From Candidatus Delongbacteria bacterium (GTDB taxonomy: Bacteria; CAIWAD01): a DNA stretch of 64,000 nt. The stretch's first letter is position 1; the number at the start of each line of letters is the position of its first letter. The position numbers and the translations under genes are program-made. A model generated the notes under the pieces. That model made no database searches and was not told the DNA's origin. It saw only the letters and a program-made list of their open reading frames with translations. Below are positions 8,939 through 18,973 of this stretch, piece after piece. The DNA is taken from positions 2,912,001 to 2,976,000 of the forward strand of contig OY760505.1 in assembly GCA_963663545.1 (NCBI GenBank), in the 5' to 3' direction.

Positions 8939-11900
8939 ATGTACCTGTCCCGTATCGAACTATTCGGCTTCAAATCCTTTGCTCAGAAGACGGTTGTGGA
9001 TTTCTCCAGCGGAGTGACCTGCGTTGTAGGCCCCAACGGCTGCGGCAAGACGAATATCCTGGACGCTGTCCGCTGGGTGCTGGGCGAGCAGAAGAGTTCC
9101 ACGCTGCGTAGCGACCGCATGGAGAGCGTGATTTTCAATGGATCACGCCATCGCAAACCGCTGGGAATGTCGGAAGTATCGTTGACGATCCAGAACAGCC
9201 GCAACATTCTTCCTGTCGAATACAGCGAGATTCTGATTACGCGCCGCCTCTACCGCTCCGGTGAGAGCGAGTATTTGATGAACCGCGCGCCGTGCCGCTT
9301 GAAGGATATCACCGATCTCTTCATGGACACAGGAATGGGGCCCGGATCCTATTCCGTGATCGAGTTGAAGATGGTCGAGAACCTGCTTTCCGACAAGCCT
9401 GAAGAACGACGTCTGCTCTTCGAAGAAGCGGCTGGTATCACGAAGTACAAACATCGTCGTCGCGCCGCCTTGCGCAAACTCGAAGAGACCCGCAGCCACA
9501 TTGAGCGCCTCGAGGATATTCTGGCGGAAGCCGAACGCCAAGCCAACGGCCTTCAGCGACAGGTCCGCAAGACACAGCGCTATCGCGAATTGCAGACCGA
9601 GCTCAAACTGCTGGATACGGCCAGTGCGCGGGCCGAATACAACACTCTGCTTTGCCGCTGTGATCCAATGCAGGCTGAGTTGGACTCCGGTGGCGGAATT
9701 GTGAAAGACCTCGACCGCCAGCTGCTGGAAAACGAGACTCAAAGTACAGCGCTGAACCGCGACCAGCTTTTGGCCGAGGAAGAGCTGCATCAGGCAGAGG
9801 ATGAGCAGACGCGTCTGCGTGCGGAAGTCCGTCGTCTGGAGGAAAGCCTGTTGGTCGGTCGCGAGCGCAGTTCTGCGCTTACACGCGACGTCGACCGTTT
9901 GGCCTCGGAGCGTGATACGCTGTCCACGCGCATCGAGGAAAGCAGCCAGACGCTGAGCGAAGTGGAAGGCCGCCTGACAGATGCACAAGACCACGGCAGT
10001 GAACTGGATGCCGATCTGGAGAAGGCGCGGAGCAGGGCAAGTGAAGCCGAGGCATTACAACAGAGTCTGCGCGGCAAAATGGAGAACTCGCGCAAGCGGG
10101 TGCTGGAGCTGATCAGCCGCTACGCTCAGCGTAACACGGATCTGGCGCGTATCACAAGCTCACTGGAGCAGGTTCAACAGCGGGTTCGCGACCTGGAAGA
10201 AGAGCGGCAACTTGCCAGTCAGGATCGCAGCATGCGCGCCGAGCAGCGCAAATCGCTGGAAGAGGAATACAAACGCGGCGCTGCCACACTTGATGAACGG
10301 GACCAGACGCTGGCTGAGGCTGGAGCCCGGCAGCAGGCAGCGCGCGACGAGTTGGATCACGCACGCCATTCCGAGACGGAAGGTACAGGTGAGCTGAAGG
10401 CGCTGCAGGGACGTCGCGAGTTTCTTGACGGCATGCTGCAGCGTTTCGAGGGCGTTCCCGGCGGAGCGCGTGCAGTGCTGGAAGCTGGTATCACGGGGAT
10501 CAGCGATACCTTCGGCAACCTGGTGCACTGCGAGCGGGAGCTGATTCCCGCGCTGGAAGCTGCCGTCGGGCAGGCTGCCGGATGGCTGGTGGCCGAAGAC
10601 CGCAATGCTGTGTCACGAGCAGCAGAGCTCTTGAAACGCGAAGATCGCGGCGATTGCACTTTTGTAATGCTGGATCAGGTGCCTACATCTGTTTCAGCGA
10701 CAGCACCAGCAGGCTGCAGCTCGATTCTGGAGCATGTGAAAGTTGCCGATCGATATCGTCCACTGGCCGCATTTCTGCTTAACGATTGCTGGTACAGCGA
10801 GAATCCGGAAGCTGTCGATCTGGATGCCCTTCCTGCACATGCGCTAGTAATGGGGCCGGATGGGCGCTGGCTGCGTCCACCCGCGGTAATTCATGTAGCA
10901 CGCCGCGATGGTCAGCAGGACAGTCATCTTGGACTGCGTTTTCAGCTCGAAGGTTTGGAGTCGGATGTCCGTCGGCAGCAGCTCAAGCTGGAGGAACTGC
11001 GCGCAACGCGCGTTGCCAGCGAGCAGAAACTGCAGATGGCGGGTGATACACGTCGTCAGGCTGAAGAAGACTTGAAGACGGCTGAAGCGGCTTTGCGCGG
11101 AATTCAGGCCCGTCTGGACCAGTTGGATTATGCCGAAGAACGTCAGCTACGCGATGAAGAGCATCAATCAAAGACGCTGGCTTCCCTGCAGGAGCGTGTA
11201 TCACGCGAGCAGAAGCAGGAAGGGCTGCTGAAGTCCGAGTTGGAGGAGTTGCAATTGGAGCGCGACGACGCCGAGGGCGAGGTCGCATCTTTGCAACGCA
11301 ACCTGGACCGGCGCGAGCAGGAGTTTCGCGATGCCGCCGAACAGCGCACGCGAGCAGAACTGGCCGCTCGCGAGCATCACCTGCGTCTGGAGGCGGAGCA
11401 GCGGGAGCAGCAGCGACTGTTTCGCTTCATCAGTGAAGGGCGACAGCGTCTAGACGAGATGGCGCATGAACGTCGCGAGGCACAGGAAAGCCTGGAAAGC
11501 CTGAAGGAAAGGCTGGAGCGCGAAGACCGCGATCTGCACCTGGCCGAGGAAGCCCGTGGCCGTCAGCAGAGTGTGCTGGATCAGTGCAAGGATCGCGTGC
11601 AGCAACTCCATACTGCAATGAAGGAGCTGGCGCGAACAGCGGCCCATCTTCGAGCCGAGCGACAGGACATTGGCGAACGTCGCCATCGTACCGAGCTTGA
11701 GCTTTCCGAGATGCGCATCAAAATCACCGGGCTGCAGGAGCGCGTCCGCGCCGAGTATGAACTTGAACTCGAGCGTGAAGAGGACGCAGCAGAGTTGCAG
11801 CAGCTGCTTGACCTGAATCTAGAAGAGAGCCGCAAGCGCATCGTAGAGCTGCGTGAGGCGTTGCGTCGTTTGGGACCGGTCAACCTGCTTGCCATCGAGG

Positions 11901-12481
11901 AATATGACGAGGTCCGTGAGCGTCGTGATTTCCTGCGCAATCAAATTCGTGATCTGCTGGAAGCCGAGGCGATGCTCAAGGAAACCATTCAGCGCATCAA
12001 CCGTGTAGCACGCGAGTTGTTTGAGGCGACTTTTGAGAAGATTCGCACCAATTTCGAATACCTGTTTCGCAAGCTCTTCAACGATGGGCGCGCAGATCTG
12101 CGGTTGAGTGCCGAAGATCCGCTGGAGGCCGATATCGCCATCTCGGCCACACCTTCGGGCAAGCGCATCCAGAGCCTGACGCTGATGAGCGGTGGAGAGA
12201 AAACGCTGACAGCCATCGCCCTGCTCTTTGCCATCTACATGGTCAAGCCTTCGCCTTTCTGCATTCTGGACGAGGTCGACGCCCCGCTGGATGACGCCAA
12301 CATTGGCCGCTTCAACAATCTCATTCGAGAGTTCAGCGGCATGACACAGTTCATCATCATCACTCACAACAAGAAGACAATGGGCTACGCCAATCAGCTT
12401 TACGGCGTTACAATGGCTGAAGAGGGCGTCTCCACTCTGGTCAGCGTGCAGTTCCATGGTCAGCAGGAGGTCAGCGCGTGA
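8939..12481 (+). CDS. smc: Chromosome segregation protein SMC
   Basis: GFKSFA, Walker A GPNGCGKTN, coiled coils, hinge, MSGGEK, ILDEVDAPLD, ITHN; true start is ATG 8939 (MYLSRIEL). Confidence 0.96.
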   Translation: MYLSRIELFGFKSFAQKTVVDFSSGVTCVVGPNGCGKTNILDAVRWVLGEQKSSTLRSDRMESVIFNGSRHRKPLGMSEVSLTIQNSRNILPVEYSEILITRRLYRSGESEYLMNRAPCRLKDITDLFMDTGMGPGSYSVIELKMVENLLSDKPEERRLLFEEAAGITKYKHRRRAALRKLEETRSHIERLEDILAEAERQANGLQRQVRKTQRYRELQTELKLLDTASARAEYNTLLCRCDPMQAELDSGGGIVKDLDRQLLENETQSTALNRDQLLAEEELHQAEDEQTRLRAEVRRLEESLLVGRERSSALTRDVDRLASERDTLSTRIEESSQTLSEVEGRLTDAQDHGSELDADLEKARSRASEAEALQQSLRGKMENSRKRVLELISRYAQRNTDLARITSSLEQVQQRVRDLEEERQLASQDRSMRAEQRKSLEEEYKRGAATLDERDQTLAEAGARQQAARDELDHARHSETEGTGELKALQGRREFLDGMLQRFEGVPGGARAVLEAGITGISDTFGNLVHCERELIPALEAAVGQAAGWLVAEDRNAVSRAAELLKREDRGDCTFVMLDQVPTSVSATAPAGCSSILEHVKVADRYRPLAAFLLNDCWYSENPEAVDLDALPAHALVMGPDGRWLRPPAVIHVARRDGQQDSHLGLRFQLEGLESDVRRQQLKLEELRATRVASEQKLQMAGDTRRQAEEDLKTAEAALRGIQARLDQLDYAEERQLRDEEHQSKTLASLQERVSREQKQEGLLKSELEELQLERDDAEGEVASLQRNLDRREQEFRDAAEQRTRAELAAREHHLRLEAEQREQQRLFRFISEGRQRLDEMAHERREAQESLESLKERLEREDRDLHLAEEARGRQQSVLDQCKDRVQQLHTAMKELARTAAHLRAERQDIGERRHRTELELSEMRIKITGLQERVRAEYELELEREEDAAELQQLLDLNLEESRKRIVELREALRRLGPVNLLAIEEYDEVRERRDFLRNQIRDLLEAEAMLKETIQRINRVARELFEATFEKIRTNFEYLFRKLFNDGRADLRLSAEDPLEADIAISATPSGKRIQSLTLMSGGEKTLTAIALLFAIYMVKPSPFCILDEVDAPLDDANIGRFNNLIREFSGMTQFIIITHNKKTMGYANQLYGVTMAEEGVSTLVSVQFHGQQEVSA

Positions 12482-13878
12482 TACGGCTTCTTTTTCTTCT
12501 GGCGCTTGTTCCACTGCTGCACGCAGGTGAGCCTGTATTCAACTGGGAGCTCGCGCAGTTCCTTGCTACGCCGGATTCGCAAGTGGTAGACCTTGACTGC
12601 GTCGTGATGGTGCAGCGCAGTTCCATCACGTTCAAGCCTGTGGCGGATGGGGCCAATGGCGGATATGCAGCGCGTCTCACGGTGACACAAGGACTTGCCA
12701 CCTTGGCGGATACTACCTGGGAGCGCTTGGATCACATCGCCGTCGATGAGGTGCTACGACCCGAGCAGAAGATTCCCGACATGATCAGCCTACGCTTGCC
12801 GGCGGGGAAGATGCGGCTTACGCTGACTCTGTCTGATCTCGTTACTGGTGAAAGCCGGACAAAGAGTCAGGGCACGACCCTGCTCGAGTTGTGGCGCGGT
12901 CCCAGTGTCTCTGATATCCGACTTGGTGTATCACACGCGGAACCAGCGCAAGATGGACCTTTTCTGCGCAACGGCATGCGTATGGTGCCCTACGCTGACG
13001 CTATCTATGGTCAGGGGCTTCCTGTGATACACGGACTGGTTGAGACGTACAATGTCACAACTGCAGACAGTGCCCTCTGGACAGCGCGTGTGTTAAGCGA
13101 AATGCAGAGCCTGCTGTTCAGCACGCGCCCCCGTTTGGTGAGTGAGCAGCGAACCATTCCCGGCGGATTTCTGGTCTCCTTCGAGCAGGATGTGAGTGAA
13201 CTCGCTTCCGGTTCTTACTTCCTTGAAGTCATGCTGCTGGACCGCAATCAGGTCGCGCAGGCGACAACGCGCCGTGCGGTTTGGATTCACAATCCAGGTG
13301 TCGTGCGGGAAGCCGAAGAACAGCGCATGGGTGAGTACGATCACTTCAGCGCCGAGCAGGTGGAAGAAGAATGGAGCAGCGTGCGTTTGCTTACCGACAT
13401 GCAGCAGCAGCGAACCTGGGAGTCGCTGGACTTGAATGGACGACGCGATTTTCTGGCGAACTTCTGGATGAAGCGCGATCCGGATCCCAGGACTCTGGTG
13501 AATGAAGCACGCGTGCAACACCGCTTGCGCGTGGAGCAGGCCAATGCTCGCTATGGCCGCAAGGATCAACCGGGCTACGTGACCGATCGTGGTCGTGTTT
13601 TGGTGATGTATGGCGAGCCCGCGCAGATTTCGCGCGATTACAACACGCTGATCACACGCTTCAACTTTCAGCTGCAGAATGAGCTGGGGATGGATCCTGG
13701 CGAAAGTATAGCCCGTGATCGTGTGAACAACTTCGAGTTGTGGACTTATGAGGACAAGGATAACTCGGTCTTCATTTTTGTGGACACTCACGGGTTTCAG
13801 CAATACGAGCTGGTCCATTCCACAATGCCCGGGGAATACATCGATCCCCGCTGGGTCAGAAAACTCTACACGAGGTAA
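12478..13878 (+). CDS. GWxTD domain-containing secreted protein
   Basis: Signal peptide; FLANFWMKRDPDP...NE; GYVTDRGRVLVMYGEP (GWxTD variant); ELWTY. Confidence 0.85.
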   Translation: MIRLLFLLALVPLLHAGEPVFNWELAQFLATPDSQVVDLDCVVMVQRSSITFKPVADGANGGYAARLTVTQGLATLADTTWERLDHIAVDEVLRPEQKIPDMISLRLPAGKMRLTLTLSDLVTGESRTKSQGTTLLELWRGPSVSDIRLGVSHAEPAQDGPFLRNGMRMVPYADAIYGQGLPVIHGLVETYNVTTADSALWTARVLSEMQSLLFSTRPRLVSEQRTIPGGFLVSFEQDVSELASGSYFLEVMLLDRNQVAQATTRRAVWIHNPGVVREAEEQRMGEYDHFSAEQVEEEWSSVRLLTDMQQQRTWESLDLNGRRDFLANFWMKRDPDPRTLVNEARVQHRLRVEQANARYGRKDQPGYVTDRGRVLVMYGEPAQISRDYNTLITRFNFQLQNELGMDPGESIARDRVNNFELWTYEDKDNSVFIFVDTHGFQQYELVHSTMPGEYIDPRWVRKLYTR

Positions 13879-13881
13879 GTC

Positions 13882-14616
13882 ATGATTCAAATCAGCGGAC
13901 TGTCGCGCGCTTTTGTCAACGCCGGCAAAGTGGTTCAGGCTGTTGAGAGCGTGGACCTGGATGTGAAGCCGGGCCGCGTGTTTGGTCTGCTGGGACCCAA
14001 CGGCGCCGGCAAGACCACCACGCTGCGTATCATTGCCACGCTTCTGCGTCCAGATGAAGGCCAGGTGCTGGTGGCTGGTCACGATGTGGTCCGCGAGCCG
14101 GACGCCGTGCGTGCGCGGCTGGGTTTTTTAACGGGCGCAACCGGACTCTACGATCGTCTGACTCCGCGTGAGACACTGCAGTATTTCGGCAAGCTGCAGA
14201 GCATGGAAAACGACCGCATCGAAGAGCGCATCGCCGATCTGGAGAAGGCGTTGTTGATGAGCGAATTCATGGATCGCCGCGTAGGCAAGCTATCCACAGG
14301 GCAGAAGCAGAAGACGTCCATTGCGCGCGCCATGCTGCACGATCCGCAGGTGGTCGTGCTGGATGAGCCCACGAGCGGTCTGGATGTGATTGCATCACGC
14401 AACGTGGTGCAGTTCATTCGCCGTTGCAGCGAAGAGGGTCGTACGGTGCTCTTCTCGACGCATATTTTGAGCGAAGCGCAGAGCCTGTGTTCCGATCTGG
14501 CCTTTATTCATCAGGGACGCATCGTGGAACACGGAAGCCTGGATGAAATTGTAGCACGGCACGAAAGCCACGATCTGAATTCCATTTTCCTCAAGGTTGT
14601 GGGCGAGGAGGTCTGA
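13882..14616 (+). CDS. ABC transporter ATPase, NatA-like
   Basis: GPNGAGKT, GLYDRLTPRE, LSTGQKQK signature, LDEPTSGLD. Confidence 0.9.
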   Translation: MIQISGLSRAFVNAGKVVQAVESVDLDVKPGRVFGLLGPNGAGKTTTLRIIATLLRPDEGQVLVAGHDVVREPDAVRARLGFLTGATGLYDRLTPRETLQYFGKLQSMENDRIEERIADLEKALLMSEFMDRRVGKLSTGQKQKTSIARAMLHDPQVVVLDEPTSGLDVIASRNVVQFIRRCSEEGRTVLFSTHILSEAQSLCSDLAFIHQGRIVEHGSLDEIVARHESHDLNSIFLKVVGEEV

Positions 14617-15902
14617 TGAAGGCTCCTTCCGGTGCCGACCTGGTTTCGCAGGCCTGGTGGAGAAGTCAGCTGATTTACACGTGGCGTATCCTGCAGTTGC
14701 TCGGCGCCAGCCTCTGGCACTTTCTGACTACGGGGGGAATGTCGCGGGCAGCGAGTTTGAGCTACACAACGCTGCTGTCTACGGTGCCGCTTTTCAGTCT
14801 GTTGGTTGTGGTTTTCCGCCAGGTAGGCGGTTTTGAGTGGCTGCAACAACTGGTGGAGCCACTTCTGCAGCAGTTCATGACGCCCTCTGGAAGTGGTGCG
14901 GTTAGTGCCTTTCTGCTCGAGCGCATGGCTACTCTTGACATCGGTGCCTTGGGAGTGTTTGGCGTCGTCTTTCTTGCTTTCGGTGTCTACTCACTCATCA
15001 CCACCATCGAGAACGATTTGAACAGCGTCTGGCAGGTGCAGCGCTCGCGTGGCGTGTTACGCCGCCTGATGCAGTACTGGCTGATGATGACTCTGCTGCC
15101 TATTCTGGCTGCAGCGTGGATCTACCTCTCCGGTGAGGCTGTTGTAACACGCTTCCTTGACAGTCTTCCCGCCTGGATGAGCGATGCGCGTAGCGGTGTC
15201 CTCCCCATGGCGATTCAGCTCTTCCTTTGCTGGTTCCTTTATTGGGCCATGCCCAATACACGCGTGCGTATCTTGCCCGCCGCTTTCGGTGCCGTTATTG
15301 CGGCCTTTGCCTGGGAGGGAGCCAAGGATCTGTTTACCATGTACACGCTGCGTGCTACAAATATCAGCCTGGTGTACGGCAGTCTTGCCGCCTTGCCACT
15401 TTTTATGCTCTGGATCTTTGTTTCGTGGAATATCGTGCTGGTTGGCGCCGAGTTCTCCTACGTGATACAAAATCGTCGCAGCTTGCTCCGTCGCCGCGAG
15501 TTTCGCCGCATGGGGCCTGTGCCCGATTATCTGATCGCAGTGCTGTTGATGGACGCCGTGTGCAGCGTGTTTCGCGAGGGCAAGAGCATTACGGCGGGTG
15601 GTCTGGCCGATGTGTTACAGATCCCCGAGGCCGAGTTGAATCGCGTCAGTCGCCCATTGAGAGAGAACGGGCTGCTGCGTACGACACACGATGAGGAACA
15701 GGTCCAGCTGATGCCGGGGCTTCCTCCGAGCGAGATCAAGGTGGGCCGCGTGATGCAACTCTTCATGCGGCATCCGGACGAGTTTGGTGAGACGATCGCT
15801 TCTGCGCGGTTTCGTCAGGTAATGGAATGGTACGCGCCTCGACATGCTCGCATGTTGGACGTGTTCACTGATGTCGATTTTTCCAGGGAGCTGCAAGGAT
15901 GA
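14616..15902 (+). CDS. YihY/BrkB-family membrane protein with C-terminal winged-HTH-like domain
   Basis: AASLSYTTLLSTVP, IENDLNSVW, VYGSLAALPLFMLWIFVSWNIVLVGAE; C-terminal LADVLQIP...LRENGLL. Confidence 0.85.
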   Translation: MKAPSGADLVSQAWWRSQLIYTWRILQLLGASLWHFLTTGGMSRAASLSYTTLLSTVPLFSLLVVVFRQVGGFEWLQQLVEPLLQQFMTPSGSGAVSAFLLERMATLDIGALGVFGVVFLAFGVYSLITTIENDLNSVWQVQRSRGVLRRLMQYWLMMTLLPILAAAWIYLSGEAVVTRFLDSLPAWMSDARSGVLPMAIQLFLCWFLYWAMPNTRVRILPAAFGAVIAAFAWEGAKDLFTMYTLRATNISLVYGSLAALPLFMLWIFVSWNIVLVGAEFSYVIQNRRSLLRRREFRRMGPVPDYLIAVLLMDAVCSVFREGKSITAGGLADVLQIPEAELNRVSRPLRENGLLRTTHDEEQVQLMPGLPPSEIKVGRVMQLFMRHPDEFGETIASARFRQVMEWYAPRHARMLDVFTDVDFSRELQG

Positions 15903-17131
15903 GAAAGAGTGTTATCTGGGTTGTGGCCTTCAAGGAACTCCGCGACCTGCTGCGCGATCGTCGCACGATCATGTCCATGATCATCATTCCTGTCCTGTCG
16001 ATGCCGCTGTTGCTTGGTGGAATCGGCTACTTCATGGCTTCTTCCGTAAAGAAGATGCAGGAACAACAAATCGAGATTGGCGTGATTGGTGCGCAGTATG
16101 CGCCTGAGCGTCTAGCCCCGCTCCAGGAAATGCCCAACGTCACGCTGCATCTTGATGTATCACAGGATCGTTCTCCCGACAGCCTGATTTACGCAGATGG
16201 ATTGACCCTGGTGCTGCAATTGCAGCCGGAGATGGGACAGATCATGACTCGTCTTCACGAAGAGGGCGAGCTGCAACCGGCAGAGCTGGATTTGTATTAC
16301 GACAGCACCAGCGATGCGGCCAGCATTGCTTCCAAGCGCGTTGTAGCCGTGTTGCAGGATGACCGCGCAAAGGCCTCAGAAACCTGGCTGAGTGCGCAAG
16401 GTATTCAGCCCGTTGTGGTCAAACCCTGGGTGATACAACACATGGATGTGGCACCGCAGCATCGTAAGGGAGCCGATCTACTTTCGCGCCTGCTGCCCTA
16501 TATGATCCTACTGATGACACTTCAGGCGGCCATGTATCCTGCCATGGATCTCACCGCAGGTGAGAAGGAGCGCTCGACCATTGAGACATTGCTGGTGAAT
16601 CCGGTGAAGCGTTCCGATCTAGTCATGGGAAAGTTTGTTGCGACGGTGGCCATGTCCATCGGCAGCGCCTTGTTCACCCTGGGCAGTCAGTATGTCTTCT
16701 TCAATTATGCCGGTGGCGCCTTCATGTCCCGGTTCGGCGATATGGGGCTGGACATTGAACTGAATCTCGGCGGTCTTGCTGTTGGACTGGCCGTTCTGGT
16801 GCCCATGGTGCTGGCCTTCTGTGCCGTATTGCTGGCCATTTCGGTTTTTGCCCGCAGCATGAAAGAGGCGCAGAGCTACCTTGGACCGCTGATGATGATG
16901 GTCATTTTTCCCGCGATGGCAAGCATGATCCCCGGCGTGGAGTTGAACTACGCTATCGCGCTGATTCCCGTGTTCAACGTGGCCCTTGTAATGAAATCGG
17001 CCCTGCTGCTGGATTTCAGCCAACCGGGTTTGCTGGTGACTGTATTCGTGGCGAACTCGGCCTACGCGGTCCTTTCGCTTTGGGCGGCCAGTTGGATGTT
17101 CCGTCGAGAACAGGTCATTTTCCGTTCCTGA
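15899..17131 (+). CDS. ABC transporter permease, NatB-like
   Basis: KELRDLLRDRRT, AMDLTAGEKERSTIETLL, ARSMKEAQSYL. Confidence 0.9.
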   Translation: MRKSVIWVVAFKELRDLLRDRRTIMSMIIIPVLSMPLLLGGIGYFMASSVKKMQEQQIEIGVIGAQYAPERLAPLQEMPNVTLHLDVSQDRSPDSLIYADGLTLVLQLQPEMGQIMTRLHEEGELQPAELDLYYDSTSDAASIASKRVVAVLQDDRAKASETWLSAQGIQPVVVKPWVIQHMDVAPQHRKGADLLSRLLPYMILLMTLQAAMYPAMDLTAGEKERSTIETLLVNPVKRSDLVMGKFVATVAMSIGSALFTLGSQYVFFNYAGGAFMSRFGDMGLDIELNLGGLAVGLAVLVPMVLAFCAVLLAISVFARSMKEAQSYLGPLMMMVIFPAMASMIPGVELNYAIALIPVFNVALVMKSALLLDFSQPGLLVTVFVANSAYAVLSLWAASWMFRREQVIFRS

Positions 17132-17223
17132 TGATGCTGGAGAAAAGAGGTCACGGAGTGTTTCTTCCACTGACTGCAAGCCATACCCGCGAATGCTGCG
17201 GGCTCGAATTGGTAGATTGAGTC

Positions 17224-17643
17224 ATGCACCGAAAATTGTTCAGACGCATTCGTGAGCGCAGTGATCGGGTCAGCATTGAGAAGATCCAGTTTTATGCGTA
17301 TCACGGCCATCGTAGCGAGGAGCACATCCTCGGCCAGCGCTTCGAGTGTTCGATTCACGCCTACCTGGATCTTTCCACGCCAGGGCGCAGCGATCAGCTT
17401 GAGCATACATTGGACTATTACGAGTTGCACCGCGTTGTTAGCGAGTGGGTAACCACTCACCGCTTCCATCTTCTGGAAGCTCTGGCCGAAAGCTTGGCCC
17501 AACACATTTTTGAGTGCTTTGATCTTGTTGACGCGCTTTCGCTATGCGTTCGCAAACTGAATCCGCCCATCCCCCACTACTACGGCCACGTGGAAGTGGA
17601 GGTGACACGTGTTCATCCCAGATATCTGGTGGAGAACAGGTGA
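17224..17643 (+). CDS. folB: Dihydroneopterin aldolase
   Basis: FYAYHG..EE..LGQRF, SDQLEHTLDY, LLEALAESLA, VRKLNPP. Confidence 0.9.
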   Translation: MHRKLFRRIRERSDRVSIEKIQFYAYHGHRSEEHILGQRFECSIHAYLDLSTPGRSDQLEHTLDYYELHRVVSEWVTTHRFHLLEALAESLAQHIFECFDLVDALSLCVRKLNPPIPHYYGHVEVEVTRVHPRYLVENR

Positions 17644-18185
17644 TCTACTGGCTTGGGCTTGGGGCCAATTTGGGCTGTGTGCGTGAGACTTTTTTGCGCG
17701 CATTGCAGATGATGCAGGACCGGGGCATCGAAGTGCTGCAGGTGAGTTCTTTGTATCACAGTCCGCCAATGGGACCCTCCGATCAACCGGATTTCACAAA
17801 TGCTGTGGCAGAAGTGAGTTCTTCGCTCTCTCCTGAGATGCTGATGGATGTGACACAGGAAATCGAGCGACTGGCAGGACGCAAACAGCGTGCACGATGG
17901 CGCGAGCGCGAATTGGATCTGGATCTGCTGCTGGCTCGAGAGGGCGAGCGCTGGTTGAGTATTGATTCCGCAGCATTGAAGGTGCCGCATGTTGGATTGC
18001 GATCACGCGCTTTTGTGATACAGCCCTTGCTGGAACTTCATCCTGACATGTGTCACCCGGAGGATGGAAAGCGGCTACAGGATATTCTGGCTGAACCCGC
18101 ACTGCGGGAGCAGTGTGTAACACGTATTGAAGAGGAACAACAATGGTACCGGAGAAACTCCGTTCCATCGCAATTGAAGGCGTGA
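17640..18185 (+). CDS. folK: HPPK (2-amino-4-hydroxy-6-hydroxymethyldihydropteridine diphosphokinase)
   Basis: LGLGANLG, QPDFTNAV, ERELDLDLL, VPH...RAFV; GTG 17640 overlaps the folB stop. Confidence 0.92.
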   Translation: MIYWLGLGANLGCVRETFLRALQMMQDRGIEVLQVSSLYHSPPMGPSDQPDFTNAVAEVSSSLSPEMLMDVTQEIERLAGRKQRARWRERELDLDLLLAREGERWLSIDSAALKVPHVGLRSRAFVIQPLLELHPDMCHPEDGKRLQDILAEPALREQCVTRIEEEQQWYRRNSVPSQLKA

Positions 18186-18784
18186 TCGGTGTCGGCAAAA
18201 CCAGTTTGACCAAACGCTTGGCGGAAGCCTGGGGTGGGCGGCTGGTGATGGAAGAGCCCCACAAAAATCCTTTTCTGGAGGACTTCTACCGCGAGCCGCG
18301 CCACTACGCCTTTCAGGTTCAGCTCAATTTCCTCTTTGCTCGTTACAATCAGTTGCTGCGCTTGAGTCAGATGACGCTTTTCGAAGCTGTCACTGTCAGC
18401 GATTACCTCTTCGACAAGGATAAAATCTTTGCTTACATGAACCTGGACGAGCGGGAAATCGTGCTCTATGAACGCATCATCGAGTTCATGGAGCGTGATA
18501 TTCACCGTCCCGATCTGGTCGTCTATCTGCAATCGAGCAACGAACGCTTGATGCAGAACATCCGCATTCGCAATCGCAGCTACGAGCGTGCCATGGATCG
18601 CGATTACATCGCGCGGCTCAACGAAGCCTACAACCGTTTCTTCTTGAGCTACAAACGCACGCCGCTGTTGATCGTAAACGCCAACGAGATCGATTTCGTC
18701 AACAATCAGCAGCACTGGTCGGATCTGCTGTCGCGACTGGAACAGCCGGTCGTGGGAACCATGTATTACAACCCATCTGTGTAG
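18143..18784 (+). CDS. Deoxynucleoside kinase
   Basis: IAIEGVIGVGKTSL, NPFLEDFY, FQVQLNFL, PDLVVYLQ, RNRSYE; typical position after folK. Confidence 0.9.
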   Translation: MVPEKLRSIAIEGVIGVGKTSLTKRLAEAWGGRLVMEEPHKNPFLEDFYREPRHYAFQVQLNFLFARYNQLLRLSQMTLFEAVTVSDYLFDKDKIFAYMNLDEREIVLYERIIEFMERDIHRPDLVVYLQSSNERLMQNIRIRNRSYERAMDRDYIARLNEAYNRFFLSYKRTPLLIVNANEIDFVNNQQHWSDLLSRLEQPVVGTMYYNPSV

Positions 18785-18793
18785 GATCCTTTT

Positions 18794-18973
18794 GTGAGAC
18801 TTATTTCTTCGTTGATCCAGATCCTGGCCCTGATTTTCGTGATACGACTGGTACTTCGGTTGTTTCTTCCTTCGCGGCCCCGGCAGCAAACACCCTTTTC
18901 GCGGTCAGAACCGCGCACTCCCGAGCAAGGTGATTTTGAGGTTGTGGAGGACGAGGAGGAAAAGAAGTCGTGA
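18794..18973 (+). CDS. Small 59-aa single-TM protein (below the ORF track threshold)
   Basis: GTG...TGA reads MRLISSLIQILALIFVIRLVLRLFLPSRPRQQTPFSRSEPRTPEQGDFEVVEDEEEKKS; fills the gap and overlaps the RNase E/G start (GTGA). Confidence 0.7.
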   Translation: MRLISSLIQILALIFVIRLVLRLFLPSRPRQQTPFSRSEPRTPEQGDFEVVEDEEEKKS

